Position numbers and translations under genes: made by a program
In this document: positions 11,693 through 24,599 of the stretch, piece by piece
How positions within the stretch are numbered: position 1 is the stretch's first letter
How the letters are laid out: every line of letters begins with the position of its first letter
Assembly (NCBI RefSeq): GCF_963921235.1
Contig: NC_086108.1
Span: 35,714,001 to 35,778,000 of the forward strand
DNA length: 64,000 nucleotides
Direction: 5' to 3'
Source of the DNA: Mobula hypostoma
Lineage: Eukaryota
The notes under the pieces: generated by a model
Seen by the model: only the letters and a program-made list of their open reading frames with translations
Told to the model about the DNA's origin: nothing
Database searches by the model: none

Positions 11693-12526
11693 ACTGGCCA
11701 AGCAAATTGAGTTCAAAGGAAATGGAAGAGATGCCACTGTATCCCCCATCTCTCTGCTACACTATTAGAAACATTTTCAGAAATTCTCTCCAACCACAGA
11801 GGACACGGTGCTTAAGTAGCAGAGATAGGCTTGTTTGCCATTACACCAAACTGTGGCACAATAATGACCCAACACTATATTCTGCTTGCTACACCCTCCT
11901 ATATATAAACTTCACTCATCATTCAACTCCTGTGTTGTGTATAACTGATATGTGCCCCTGAGTGAGTCCTTCACTGTGTACGGATTGATTACTTCTTCCC
12001 ATTTGCCTGTAAAATGACAATTGTTTTCCCTAAGAAGCACACATGAAAGACAGTTCAAAGCACCTTTGCATAAAATTTACTTAGCATCATTTACAGTTTC
12101 CACCTCACACTGGCTTTTAACAAAGTCAAGTTTTAAATTTTCAACCTTTTCCAGCTCACTATTGCAGAATGTAGTGATAGCCATGACTCCCTGAGGGGGG
12201 TGAGGTCTATGTCTTTGTTCCTCACCAACTTACTCTTTTATAGCATATATTAAAATGTGTACTGAACATTATTAACCCAGAGGTCACAGACTCAAATCCC
12301 ATCAAACCAAAATTGGATTGAACAAGTCATTCATTGGTTTGAAAATTGGGCTGCCTCTAACAATAGACTTGGTAATGAAGGCAAAGATTCTCCCTGATTT
12401 GTCTTAAATGACAGAATTATAGTCAGGTTCCAACTATATTTACATTTTGGGTTAAGAATACCAAAATGGGTCACAGAGCCCTTTGAATCTCCTCTATATG
12501 TAAATAAATGCATGTTCCATCACCTA

Positions 12527-12637
12527 TGATACTCATGCCAAACATAAATGTTGGTGTTAACATTTTCAATTGAATCAGCTTGATACTCATGCCAAACATA
12601 AATGTTGGTGTTAACATTTTCAATTGAATCAGCTTGA
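12527..12637. repeat. Perfect 54-bp tandem duplication
   Basis: 12527-12580 is identical to 12581-12634, with tga microhomology at the junctions. Confidence 0.95.
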
Positions 12638-13589
12638 AAAGCTTTTTGGGGAAGTGTTCTAGATTTACAAAACAACTTTGTGTTTGTTGGCCTTACCTCT
12701 GAAACATTTGGCTCCAAGTTTAAAGTGTACACAGCCTTTGAGTATGTCCACATAGCCTCTGTTTGTGACATTGAAATAATGGGCAATTTTAACAGTGCCA
12801 GCTTAGCCCAAAAGCACTCAGAGTTAGCTTCCTGTCACTCACACCATAAATTCTTGTCTTGTCCCCAAATGAATTGCCCAGTTTGATTCTTGTCACAACT
12901 GAATGGTGGACAATATCATATAAGAACCTGTCCCTGAAGACCTCTAAAGACATAATTCATTTATCTTTCATTTAGACATTGCTTCCAGGGGTTCAGGAAA
13001 TCTCAAGTCACTTCCTTTAGTGCTTTCTGTTGAGGTCAACCAAATAGCAGTCAATTTATACACAGCAAGATTTCACAAGCAGTAATTGAATATATGATCA
13101 GGGATCCAGATTGAGAAGTCACCATTGATTGGTTTCTGGGAGAACATCCCATCCTTCCTTGAATAGAGCATTGGATCTGTTGCCAGTGTCTGAGTGAGCA
13201 GAATCGTCTGTATTTTAAGGCCTCTTCTGAAAGATGTCTCCTCCAACAGTGAAATCATAGTATTGCTTACACAAAGTTATCAAATTTTTGGTATGAGACT
13301 TAAATGCACAAGGTTTCACCTTCAGTGTAATCAAGATTCTATGAATCAACAAAGAAGGAACCCACAATTTCAGGGCAACATTCCAATTCAGTGAATATCC
13401 TGAGCCAACTCTAAACTGAATTTTGAAATATTTTAAAATTGCTTAATAAATTTGTTGATTTTTATCAAATGTTTTGTGAGTGAAAACAGGCTCAACTAAA
13501 GCCTCATTCAGGAAGCTGTTTATTCCCTAAGCACAGAAGTTGCAAAATAATAGTCATTGGTTCTGTGAAAACCAAACAGAAAAGGCCTG

Positions 13590-13698
13590 AAGATTCTAAA
13601 AATCTGAGAAGTCTTGAAATCACTTAGCAGATCAGGCAGCATCTGTGGAATGGGAAACAGACTGGGTTCTTTAGGTCAAAGGCCCTTCATCAGAACTC
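13590..13698 (-). mobile_element. Old PLE 3'-end fragment with degenerate hammerhead core
   Basis: Reverse complement reads CTGATGAagggcc...cacagatgctgcctgatctgctaagtg. Confidence 0.55.
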
Positions 13699-14195
13699 AG
13701 TTCAACATCAACAGAGCATTAGTGCAAGGGGTTTAGAGTCAGTGGAGTTTGTTAGGTGTGCTCAGGAAGGTTTCCTGATGCAATATGTAGTTAAGCCAAC
13801 TAGAGGAGAGGCTGTACTTGATCTGGTATTGGGAAGTGTCAGATCTCTCGGTGGGACAGCATTTTGGCGATAGTGACCACAAATCTATCTCCTTCACCAT
13901 AGCGCTGGAGAGGGATAGGAGCAGACAATTTGGAAAAGCGTTTAATTGGGGCAGGGGGAAATATGATGCTATTGGACAGGAACTTGGGAACATAAATTGG
14001 GAGCCGATGTTCTCAGGGAAATGCATGGCAGAAATGTGGCAAATGTTCAGGGAATATTTGCATGAAGTTCTGCATAGGTATGTTCCATTGAGGCAGGGAA
14101 AGGAGGTAGGGTTAAAAAACCATGGTGTACAAAGGATGTAGAAAATCCAGTTAAGAAGTAAAGCTTGCGAAAGGTTTAAGAAACTAGGTATGGTT

Positions 14196-14944
14196 CGTGC
14201 TACACCTGTCCCTACACCTCCTCTCTTGCCACCATTCAGGGCCCCAAACAGTACTTCCAAGTGAGGCAACACTTCACTTGTGAGTCTGTTGGGGTCATCT
14301 ATTGCATCTGGTGCTCCCGGTGCGGCCTCCTCTACATCGGTGAAACCCGACGCAGATTGGGGGACTGCTTCGTCGAGCACCTCCACTCCATCCGCCAAAA
14401 CAGACAGGATCTCCCGGTAGCCACCCACTTCAACTCTGCTTCCCACTCCCATTCAGATATGTCCATACATGGCCTCCTCTACTGCCATGATGAGGCTAAA
14501 CTCAGGTTGGAGGAGCAACACCTCATATACCATCTAGGTAGTCTCCAGCCCCTTGGTATGAACATAGAATTCTCCAACTTCCGGTAATTCCCTCCCCCTT
14601 CCTTCCCCTATTCCTATGTCACTCTGCCCCCTCCCCCAGCTGCCTACCACCTCCCTCTTGGTTCCGTCTCCTTTTACTACCCATTGTGTTTTCCCGTATT
14701 CTTTCTTCACCTTTCCTGCCTATCACCTCCCTGCTTCCTCTCCCCCACCCCTTCATCTTTCCCCTTACTGGTTTTTCACCTGGAACCTACCAGCCTTCTT
14801 CTTCCCACCCTCCCTCCACCTTCTTTATAGGGCCTCTGCCCCTTCCCCCTACAGTCCTGAGGAAGGGTTCCGGCCCGAAACATCGACCAATCTTTTCCAC
14901 GGATGCTGCCCGACCTGCTGAGTTCCTCCAGCGTGTTGTGAGTG
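14196..14944 (+). mobile_element. Young 5'-truncated Penelope-like element (Neptune-type GIY-YIG) inserted in CR1
   Basis: ORF 14261-14587 VIYCIWCSRCGLLYIGETRRRL...EH; pyrimidine-rich 3' UTR; 11-bp TSD taggtatggtt at 14185-14195 and 14945-14955. Confidence 0.92.
14852..14889 (+). ncRNA. Minimal hammerhead ribozyme motif
   Basis: cagtc CTGAGGA a gggt-tccg-gccc GAAA c ATC gac; CGTC mutated to CATC. Confidence 0.72.
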
Positions 14945-17056
14945 TAGGTATGGTTAGAGCTCTTGAAAATTACAAGGTAGCTAGGAAGGAGCATAAGAAT
15001 GGAATTAGGAGAGCCAGAAGGGGCCATGAGAAGGCCTTGATGAGCAGGATTAAAGAAAACCCCAAGGCATTCTACAGGTATGTGAAGAGCAAGAGGATAA
15101 GCCATGTTAGAATAAGACCAAACAGGTGCGATAGTGGAAAAGAGTGCATGGAGTCAGAGGAGGTGGCAGAGGTACTTAATGAATACTTTGTTTCAGTATT
15201 CACCAGGGAAAAAGATCTTGGCAATTGTGGGATGACTTACAACGGACTGAAATGCTTGAGCATATAGACATTAAGAAAGAGGATGTGTTGGAGCTTTTGA
15301 AAAGCATTAAGTTAGGTAAGTCACTGGGACCTGACGAGATATACCCTAGGCTACTGTGAGACTCAAGGGAGAAGATTGCTGAGCCTCTTGCAATGATCTT
15401 TGCATCATCAATAGGGACAGGAGAAGTACTGGAGGATTTGAGGTTTGCAAATGTTGTTCCCTTGTTCAAGAAAGGGAGTAGAGAGAACCCAAGAAATTAT
15501 AGATCAGTGAGTCTGACTTCAGTGGTGGGTATGTTGTTGGAGAAGATCCTGAGAGGCAGGATTATGAGCATTTGGAGAGACATAATCTGATTAGGGATAG
15601 TCAGCATGGCTTTGTCAAGGGCAGGTCGTGTCTTACAAGCCTGATTGAATTCATTGAGGTTGTAGCAAAATGCCTTGATGAAGGTAGAGCAATGGATGTA
15701 GTGTATATGGATTTCAGTAAGGCACTTGATAAGGTTCCCAATACAAGGCTCCTTCAGAAAGTAAGGAGGCATGGGATCCAAAGAGACTTTGCTTTTTGGA
15801 TCCAGAATTGGCTTGCCCATAGAAGGCAAAGGGTGGTGAAAGGTAGTTCATAGTCTGCATGAAGGTTGGTGACCAGTGGTGTTCCGCAGGGATCTGTTCT
15901 GGGAACCCCTCCTCTTTGTGATTTTTATAAGTAACCTGGATGAAAATGTAGAAGGGTGGGTTAGGAAGTTTGCTGATGACACAAAGGTTGTGGCTAGTCT
16001 GGAGGCTTGTCAGAGGTTACAGCGGGACATCGATAGGATGCAGAACTGGGCTGAGAAGTGGCAGATGGACTTCAACCCAGATAAGTGTGGAGTGGTTCAT
16101 TTTGGCAGATCCATTTTGAAGACCGAATATAATATAAACAGTAATGTGGAGGAGCTGAGAGATCTTGGGGCCTGTGTTGACAGGACACCCAAAGCTGCTG
16201 CGCAGGTACACAGTGTTGTTAAGAAGATGTATGGTGTGTTGGTATTCATCAACCGTGGGATTGAGTTCAAGAGCCGTGAGGTAATGTTACAGCTATACGA
16301 GACCTTGATCAGACCCCACTTGGGGTACAGTGTTCAGTTCTGGTCACCTCACTACAGGAAGGATGTGGATACTATAGAGAGAGTGAAGAGGAGATTTACA
16401 AGGATGTTGCCTGCATTTAATAGGTTGAGCGTACTTGGCCTTTTCTCCTTGGAGTGACGGAGGATGAGAGATGACCTGACAGAGGTGTATAAGATGATGG
16501 GGACATTGATTGTGTGGATAGCCAGAGGCTTTTTCCCAGGGTTGAAATAGCTAACATGAGGGGGCATAGTTTTAAGGTGCTTGGGAACAGATACAGAGGG
16601 GATGTCAGGGGTAGGTTTTTCATACAGAGAGTGGTGGGCATTGCCAGTGGCGGTAGAGGAAGAAGATACAATGGGGTCTTTCAAGAGCCTTTTAGATACA
16701 TGGAACTTAGAAAAATAGAGGGCTATGCACTAGGGAAATTCTAGGCAGTTTCTAGAGTAGGTTACATACTCGACACAACCTTATGGGCCGAGGGGCCTGT
16801 AATGTGCTGTAGGTTTCTATGTTCTATGTTTACAGCAAGCAGTTTTGTAACTCTATTTCAAATTGCTCATGATTTCTTTGCCCTTAATGTAACTTAATGA
16901 CATTATTCATTCAGCAATGTACCATAAGTCACAAGGGAGTTCTTCCCCATTTTACTACATGATACAATAAAGCAAAAGTGTTTCAAAGTAGCATTTGATA
17001 TTTGCTTTTTGCCAGGAGTACATCTGGCTTTTAGCTCCATATTTAGAAATAGAGAC

Positions 17057-17708
17057 GGAGGGAAGAGAAGATGGCGGCGCGACGCAGCGCGCAAGCCGTT
17101 CCGAATGATATCAATATGTGTTAACCAGGGGGCCGTGCACAATCCTGATTTGATGGAGACAGCCATGAGAAGCACAGAGGAACACCTGGAGAAACTTCTG
17201 AAATGCCCGCTTCACTGCCGCTGCTACTGTGCGATCGAGAATCTCCGGAGGGGAAGGTCCCAAGTCCTCGGCTTTGCCTATTGCCTGTTGCCGGGGCCGG
17301 GGTCGAAGCACTCGGCAGAGATGGTGCTCGGTTCTTGGTGTTAGAGAGCTGGTCAGAGGCTCGGAATTTTCGGACGGACTCGGAGTCGGACTGTGGTCGG
17401 ATGCTTCCGGGATGCTGCATCGGCAAGTTTGCGGCACTGGAGGTTCACCGCCTCCGTGAGATGATGGGACTTCCGAAAGACTTTGAGACTTTTACCATAC
17501 CCATGGTCTGTTCTTATCAAATTACGGTATTGCTTTGTACTGTTGTAACTATATGTTATAATCATGTGGTTTCTGTCAGTTTTTAAGTTGGTTTGTCATG
17601 TGTTTCTGTGATATCATTCTGGAAAAACATTGTATCATTTCTTAATGCATGCATTACTAAAATGACAATAAAAAGAGGACTGTGTGGACTCAATCTAATC
17701 TAATCTAA
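17057..17708 (+). mobile_element. Non-autonomous retroposon, copy 1 (about 650 bp)
   Basis: Starts gagaagatggcggcgcgac, CpG-rich 5' half, AATAAA then (AATCT)n tail; colinear with 21415-22048. Confidence 0.85.
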
Positions 17709-17952
17709 TTTTACATCAGTCATTTAAATATTCCTTGTATTACATCTGGTTAGAGTGCCTGAACTACATGGAACTTTATTTTTCTTTAGACTGCTCTGTA
17801 CTTAATCTAGAACTGTTTGCGACTGACTTCCATGTTAAAAGCCAAAAAGAAAACAACATTTAGTATTTCATTCCTCACCTTGAAGTTCATAAAGTGCATT
17901 ATAAATGTAAAGTTGGATTTTGTGTTGAGAGTACCACTGAATTAGGTTACTC

Positions 17953-18859
17953 TGTAATAAAAATGTTGGAGTCAACTGTAGTGCCCTTGTTAAGAACATG
18001 TTTTATTGTATTCCTACTGCAATGCTGTGAGGTATTTTATTCTGCAAAACACAATGCGTCCTGTTAGTAAGCTTCATAGACTAGTGTTTTAGCTTTGGCT
18101 AAATATAAGGAGACATTTGTCCAACCTAGGAATGTTGTGTCAGCCAATCAGGTTTGCCTTGGGAACGTGATGTAATATTTTGTCCGGTGGGATACTATGG
18201 AAGATTTGGGAGCGCTGGGCGCGGTCAGATTTCTGAAGGACAGTAGCCTGGATTGGGGTCTTTTGTGAGGAAGTGCGTAGAGAAGAACACAAGGGAAGAC
18301 ATTCGGGGACCACACCCAAAGTGGAGACCTGTTGTAAGAAGTACTTTGTGCAGGCAAATGGTTGCAAGGAGGAAGTGACAATACTCCTGAGTTAGTCAGT
18401 TTGTTTGGAATGTCCTTCAAGGGAAGTTCAAGCTGCGGCTAGTATCCTTCATGCAGAATGTGGGTTCAAAGTGAAGCATTCAGAAACGAGCTCTAACGTT
18501 TATGTGCATATTTGGACTGGTTTAACTATAATGGGCCCTTTATTTTTTTACCTTTTTTACTTTTTTTTCCTGTTAACTGTTTGTTAAAGTTCAAATATTT
18601 GTAATTTTTTGCCCTGTACAATCTGTCTATTTTCTGGCAAACAATAACTTTGAATGGGGCAGTATTTACACAGCATTTGCTACAATTTACATCCTTCCCT
18701 GGAACATTCCAACTTCCCTGTTTGGTTGGACCCAAATCATACTGACCCTAGACATGGGTTGCTTATGGAAAGTGGCCTTCTCACCGCTGAGTTACGGGGC
18801 TGTTTGCAAATTTAGCTAATAAGCCAAGTTTGTATACGAGTCTCGGTGAAAGGGTTACA
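17953..18859 (+). mobile_element. Old LTR-like element (left boundary uncertain)
   Basis: tgtaa...ggttaca termini; shares blocks (gactg...aatgggccctt; aatgggg...acacagcat) with 30926-31561; no TSD found. Confidence 0.4.
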
Positions 18860-21414
18860 CTATGTTAACTTCTGCTGATGGTCAGACAATATCACGTCCA
18901 GGAATGGGCCATTCAATTTGCCTCTCCGTAGCCATCAATGGGAAGTAAAATCAGGCAGGGTGGTGCTGATGCAATGTTGCTCTCGGCAAAAAATTACAAT
19001 TACCCCCGGTTAATGAATTCAAGATTTCAAGAGTACCAAGAAAACAATATATGACCAGCTGAAAAGAAGAGGAATCTTTTGGGACATGAATGTATCAGTG
19101 CCTTATTTATTAAAGAGGCAAGTTGCGACCAAATCAGACTGAAAGCAAAAATAATTTTTAAAAATCTTTGTCGTTATAAATACTTGAGAAAGTGCAGGCC
19201 AGATGAAAGAACGTAATGTAGTGATGGCACTGAATAACATATTGATTTATGGAAAAGACTGGAGGCCTAGTGGAATGAACACAAAGAAAAGAGAAGTGAA
19301 TTCAGATCATGGAAAGTGCTTTTGCCGTAATCTTAACTCACACATCCACCCCTCCCCGAGAAGCTGTCACGGGGCCCCATCAGCAGAGCAATAAGTCATT
19401 ATATTAAGCTGGTTCAATTTCCTATTCAGTTATCACTATGATTCATACTTATTTCAAACAATCCATTCCTGCCAATTACTTTCCGGTAAACACTTGCTTC
19501 AGTTTTTCTCATCGCTCTCACCCTGCTTCGTTTTCCTTCTTCAATGACCTTGCATCCTGTCTCCACCTCTCCATTTCACGCTGCTACTGCTGAAATTCGT
19601 ATTAAGTGGGTTACAAAAGATTTCATGTGTAAAAGGTGCTGTGTGTATTTCAGATGTAATGACAGCATTAGGCTCAGTTTACAGGTTGTCTGTGGCTTTT
19701 AGCAGTACAGAAAAGGTTTTATATGGCAATCCAGACACTTAAATGAATGACAATGTCTGGTGAATGCTTTACTAAATAAGGTAAAGCAAATAATTACATT
19801 ACATAAAGGTTGTGTTTGAATAGCTAATATAAATATTGTTTTTATAGCAAGGAGTTTGGATCAGTCCTTCAAAAAAACTGACCCACTCAATGATTCACTG
19901 ATATCCATTATCTTGTTTGTTAAAGTGGACAGCACGGAGGAGAGGTGATATTTGTTTGCTGTTAAAGCTGCACATAAGACTGGTTCAGTTACGCTCTACT
20001 GGCGAATCTACGATTGCATTTGTATTCAAGCAGGTACTATCTGACACTTGGTGCTGTGTCAGCTGTTTTAACTTGTGTTTTGTTATATTCCTCCCACACC
20101 AATGCACCAGGAGTTCAGTTCAATTTACATTCAGATTCTATTAATCCAAAAAACAAAACACTGTTGATGATTCAGAGCTGCATTTGTATTTAACCTTTTT
20201 CATCTTTTAAACATGCAGTCATTTTAAACTGGTAATCAACATGGTTTATTATAAAACTCTGTCTGTAAATACATTATCTTGGAAAATAATGTCAAACAAA
20301 TTGAAAAAAGAAGCCCGAAAATATTTTTTAACAAAGAAGATTTCAGCATATTAAGTTTTATCAAACTTGCAAAGTGCAGCTAGAGCTATCAGGTGTCCTC
20401 CTTAACAATATACAATTACAATTACTATTAATACTAATGATCATCTCAGTTCTTGAGAGGGAGAATTTTCGTCAGTGCCATCCAGCAAAACCACAAACTA
20501 GGCTAATAAGTACCTTAGTACTACCTCCTAGCCAATCCTCATTTATTTATTGTTGCTAAATTAAAATCCTCCCAAGAGCTTTCCTGTCATTCAAGCTGAA
20601 ATATGTTCATTATCCAATATGGAGGAATTGTTTGCTACCATGACATGTAAAGGGTTCTTCAGGAAATTAGATTTATTTTTTACACTCCGGCTGGTGTCAC
20701 ATCCAAAGTCAAAAGACAAACTCACTATTAATGCCCACAGAAGGCTATACAGATGTCATGGATTCCTAACCTTTAGACTTCATTAGAAGTGTCAATTTTC
20801 CAACATAACTTGGACTAGATTTTGCAGAGACTTGACCAAGTCACCTGCTTCATAGCTGATGTCCTGTGTAGAAGAAGGGTCTGTCTTTATCATATCCACA
20901 CAGAATCAGAGTGAAGCCAGCAAGTGAAAGACATGGGAGATTTTGTTCCTTCTCTTGGAACTTTTTCCAGAAGTTCCTGACCATCCTGCCTCGCCAGCAT
21001 TTATTGCTCCCAAGCGAAGATTCTCCGTGCACCGATGGGAGGAGCCAGGCATAACCATTAAAATGGATGTAGACAATAGTATTTTATTTGTCAGCAACCA
21101 GTTTGATATATGGGTAGAATAACCTCCTGAATTTATTCTGGGAGTGGAACAGCATACTTCAGTAACTGATAGCTTCTCTGTCAGTGATGAAGAGCAGATA
21201 ATCCAGAGCTGGCAGCTTCTGGAGGAACAGCACCTGGACCAGCCTTCCCAGGCTCATGCCCAGTATGATCCTAAACATCTCCTTATACCTCTTGATGTTC
21301 CTAAGTTACTGAGTACATGCACGACCTGCTCCATTATTCTTTCAAGTAACACTGTCTCAAGGCTGCTGTCAGTCTAGTATCTATGTTGTTGCTGCTTGTA
21401 TAAGCAAATAAGCA

Positions 21415-22048
21415 GGAGGAGAAGATGGCAGCGCGACACAGCGCGTGCAGCTCTCCGGTGAAATGATATCGTATTTGTTATATAGGGGCCGTGGACAATT
21501 CTGATTTGATGGAGACAGATGTGAGAAGGCACAGAGGAACATCTGGAGAAACTTCTGAAATGCCCGGTTCGCTGCTGCTGCTGCTACTGTGCTAGCGAGG
21601 ATCTCCGGAGAGAAGGCCGCAAAATCCTTGGCTTTGCCTGCTGCTGGTGACCGAGGCTGAGGTCGAAGTGTCTGGCAGAGATAGCGCTCAGTACTTGGTG
21701 TCGGAGGGCTGATCAGAGCTCGAAGTTTTCAGACGACTCAGAGTCAGACTGTGGTCAGGCATGGCAGGGAGAGTTTTCTTCCTTCTCCCGTCTGCGTGAG
21801 ATGTGGGACTTTCGAGAGACTTTGAACTTTTTTACTGTGCTCACGGCCTGTTCTTCATCAAGTTATGGTATTGTTGCACTGTTGTAACTATATGTTATAA
21901 TTATGTGGTTTTTGTTAGTTTTTCAGTCTTGATCTGTCCTGTGTTTCTGTGATATCACACCGGAGGAATATTGTATCATTTCTTAATGCATGCATTACTA
22001 AATGGCAATAAAAGAGGACTGCGTGTCCTCATAATCTAATCTAATCTC
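21415..22048 (+). mobile_element. Non-autonomous retroposon, copy 2
   Basis: Same 5' start, body and (AATCT)n tail as 17057-17708; TSD ataagca at 21408-21414 and 22049-22055. Confidence 0.85.
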
Positions 22049-22158
22049 ATAAGCAAAGCTATGAACAGAATGTCATCTTGGACAGAATGACCTCTCAACT
22101 AAACAGCAATGTCAACAAGAACAATGTTTCAAAGTCCAGCTATGTGGTACACTCAACT

Positions 22159-22451
22159 GGGCAGCACAGCAGTTAGCACAACGCTATTACAGGTCTGGGT
22201 GTTGGAGTTCAGAGTTCAATTCTGGCACTGTCTGTGAGAAGTTTGTACGTTCTTCCTGTAACCGTGTGAGTTTCTTCCGGGTGCTCCAGTTTCCTCCCAC
22301 AGTCCAAAGAGGTACCAGTTAGTAGGTTATTTGGAACTTATCATGTGATTAGACTAAGGTTAAAAAGGTGGGTTGCTGGGTAGTGTGGCTCGTTGGGCCA
22401 GTAGGGCCTGCTGCGCACTGTATCTCTAAATGATTAAATAAATAAATAAAA
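22159..22451 (+). mobile_element. V-SINE-type tRNA SINE with CR1-like tail
   Basis: gagttcaattc B-box, V domain ccgggtgctccagtttcctcccacagtccaaaga, tail tgggccagtagggcctg...(TAAA)n. Confidence 0.8.
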
Positions 22452-22499
22452 GTAAAACAAGTTGATTCTTAAAGATGAAGTTATAGATACATATTCTTC

Positions 22500-22930
22500 C
22501 CTAAAGAAAGGTTGTGGACTCTTTAGAGAGGCTGCAGAGGAGATTTACCAAGATGCTGCCTGGATTAGAGAGCACGTTGAGTGAGCTAGAGGCTTTCTCT
22601 TTGGGGCGACGGAAAATGAGAGGCAACTTGAGGTGTATAAGATTAAAGTGAACAGCCAGCACCTTTTCCCAGGGCAGCCATGGCTACTACCAGAGGACAT
22701 CTGTTTAAGGTGAAAGGAGGCAAGTTTAGGGGAGATATCAGAGGTAGGATTTTACACAGAGAGTGGCAGGTTCCTGAAATGCACAGCCAGGGATGGTGAT
22801 AAATTTGCTAGATAGGCACACGGATGTAAGAAAAACGATGGGTTGTGGGTTGTGTTGGAGGGAAGGATTAGATTGACTGTGGTGTAGTTTTATTTAGGCC
22901 GAAAGGCCGATGCTACTGTGTTCCATATTC
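22500..22930 (+). mobile_element. CR1 3' fragment
   Basis: LERLQRRFTKMLPGLES motif and CR1 3' UTR ggccgaaaggcc. Confidence 0.8.
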
Positions 22931-24599
22931 CTAGCTCTCTTGAACTGACCCATATTATTCACCTTCAATACTCCATGTGGTGGCAAGTTTTATATTCTGG
23001 CTATTCTCCATGTGAAATATATCTGCTAAGTTCTTTGCAGGATTTATTTGCAACTATCTTGTATTTAAAGCACCTAATAAGAAGTTCTAAAGAAATGGAA
23101 ACATTTCCTTCTGCGTTTAGATGCTGCCCATGGCTCATGAGTGAGAAGACTGTTTTCGTCCTTGTTGCTGGGTGTGATGATAACTGTGCAAACCTGTAGT
23201 GTTGCCATGAGCAGTCGCTGCATCTTTCAAATGTCACCACAGGCTTGTGGAGCAAGCCTGAGAGCTTGGCTTGACAAATAGTAAGATATATTTGCTCTTA
23301 GTATATACCGAGACAGAGAGGATTCATGGAAGTATAAACACTATAACATCAGATGTGTATGTAATAGTAATCTCTCAGGTCTTGCAGTCAGCAGTGATTT
23401 TGGGTTCAGTAACCTTTCACTCAATTACAGGTTGTCATTGCTTAACTCAGCACCAGAGAGTATCACTTTCAGATACACAACATCTAATTGAAGAAAGATT
23501 TGTCTATTGCCATTTTAATTGGATTGCTCTTATTCTAATTGCTTTGTCAATTTCCAAATTTCCAAATTTCCATGGCCATACTGACCTTGGACAGGGTTTG
23601 TCTGATGTTGTGCATTGAGCTTGTCCCAGCTTCATTTAGTCATCCTGACAGCAATGAATAATTTCCATCAATACCAGAGATGTGTATATTCTATCCTTAT
23701 GTGTATATTTTCACCCAGACTAAAGTTTCCTCCAGCACAATAACACACTGAAAACTCCACGCTCCTACAAATCAATGCTGGTGCTCTTCACCATTTCTCA
23801 GTGCTCACTGTAGCGTCCCAGTGTTTAGTTACCAGTGCCCTTACATTTTGGAATTCATCCCCAAAACTTTTTTTCTTGTCATCTCTTCTATCCTCTTTCA
23901 AAATCTACCTGAGTGTCCATAATCATAGGTGGCTAAAATTAATAATGAATAAAATCAAATTAAAACTATTACATTGTAGAAGCAGGCCACTTGGGTCATC
24001 AATTCTAAACTGGCTCCATTAACTTTACTTCCCCCACTTTGGTAGGCAACATACTGTATCTCATTCCGTAACCCCACATTAAAAAGTTTATCTTTTTATT
24101 CTTAATGACTCTTCTACCTGTCACTTTAAAACTGTGTGCCCCTGAATCACCTTCTGTCTATTTACCCCACCTTAACTCATGGGAAGCAGGCTGGGACATT
24201 TCTGCTGCATGAAAGGAATTCTGCAAATTTTTTTTTTTTGCGTGATTTGCTGCCCTGCCTTCAGGCTTAAAAATTTCCCTTAATTGGTAGGAAATCACAC
24301 GCCACAGAAGAAAAGTGATAGAAGAAGAGATGAGGGATTTTTTTTAAATACTGCTTTGTTTGATCTGGCGTTCACTGCATAAGTGGGTGGTGAAAGCAAA
24401 TCCAATAATAACCTACAATGGAAAACAGGTTCTACACTGTAAAGGGACAATATTGCAGGGTACAGAAGAGAGACTAGAGAAGGGGCTAATTGCATAATTC
24501 CTCAAAGAACAAACATGGGAATGATGGGCCAAATGGCTGCATTACCCAAAAAGTTAAATAGAATGAAAATAACTTATTAAAAATGTAATTTGCACAAAA

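Larger units (their letters stand above)
13722..16830 (+). mobile_element. CR1 LINE, decayed ORF2 (endonuclease end to RT) with 3' tail; interrupted by a PLE
   Basis: GDSDH, KENPKAFYRYV, ANVVPLFKKG, SQHGFVKGRSCLTSL, KFADDTK, RPHLGYSVQFWSP; tail tttctatgttctatgttt. Confidence 0.92.

Noticed and set aside
13739..14452. 237-aa minus-strand ORF, the longest in the track
   Set aside because: Antisense read-through across a PLE/CR1 junction, not a gene
14261..14587. GIY-YIG ORFs as a standalone homing endonuclease or domesticated gene
   Set aside because: They are 5'-truncated PLE copies with TSDs, no RT and no ATG start; multiple decayed copies nearby
14686..15267. 193-aa ORF
   Set aside because: Chimera of PLE 3' UTR and CR1 ORF2 created by the insertion
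20850..21100. Possible host exon (overlapping short ORFs, higher GC)
   Set aside because: No recognisable protein similarity or convincing splice-site pair
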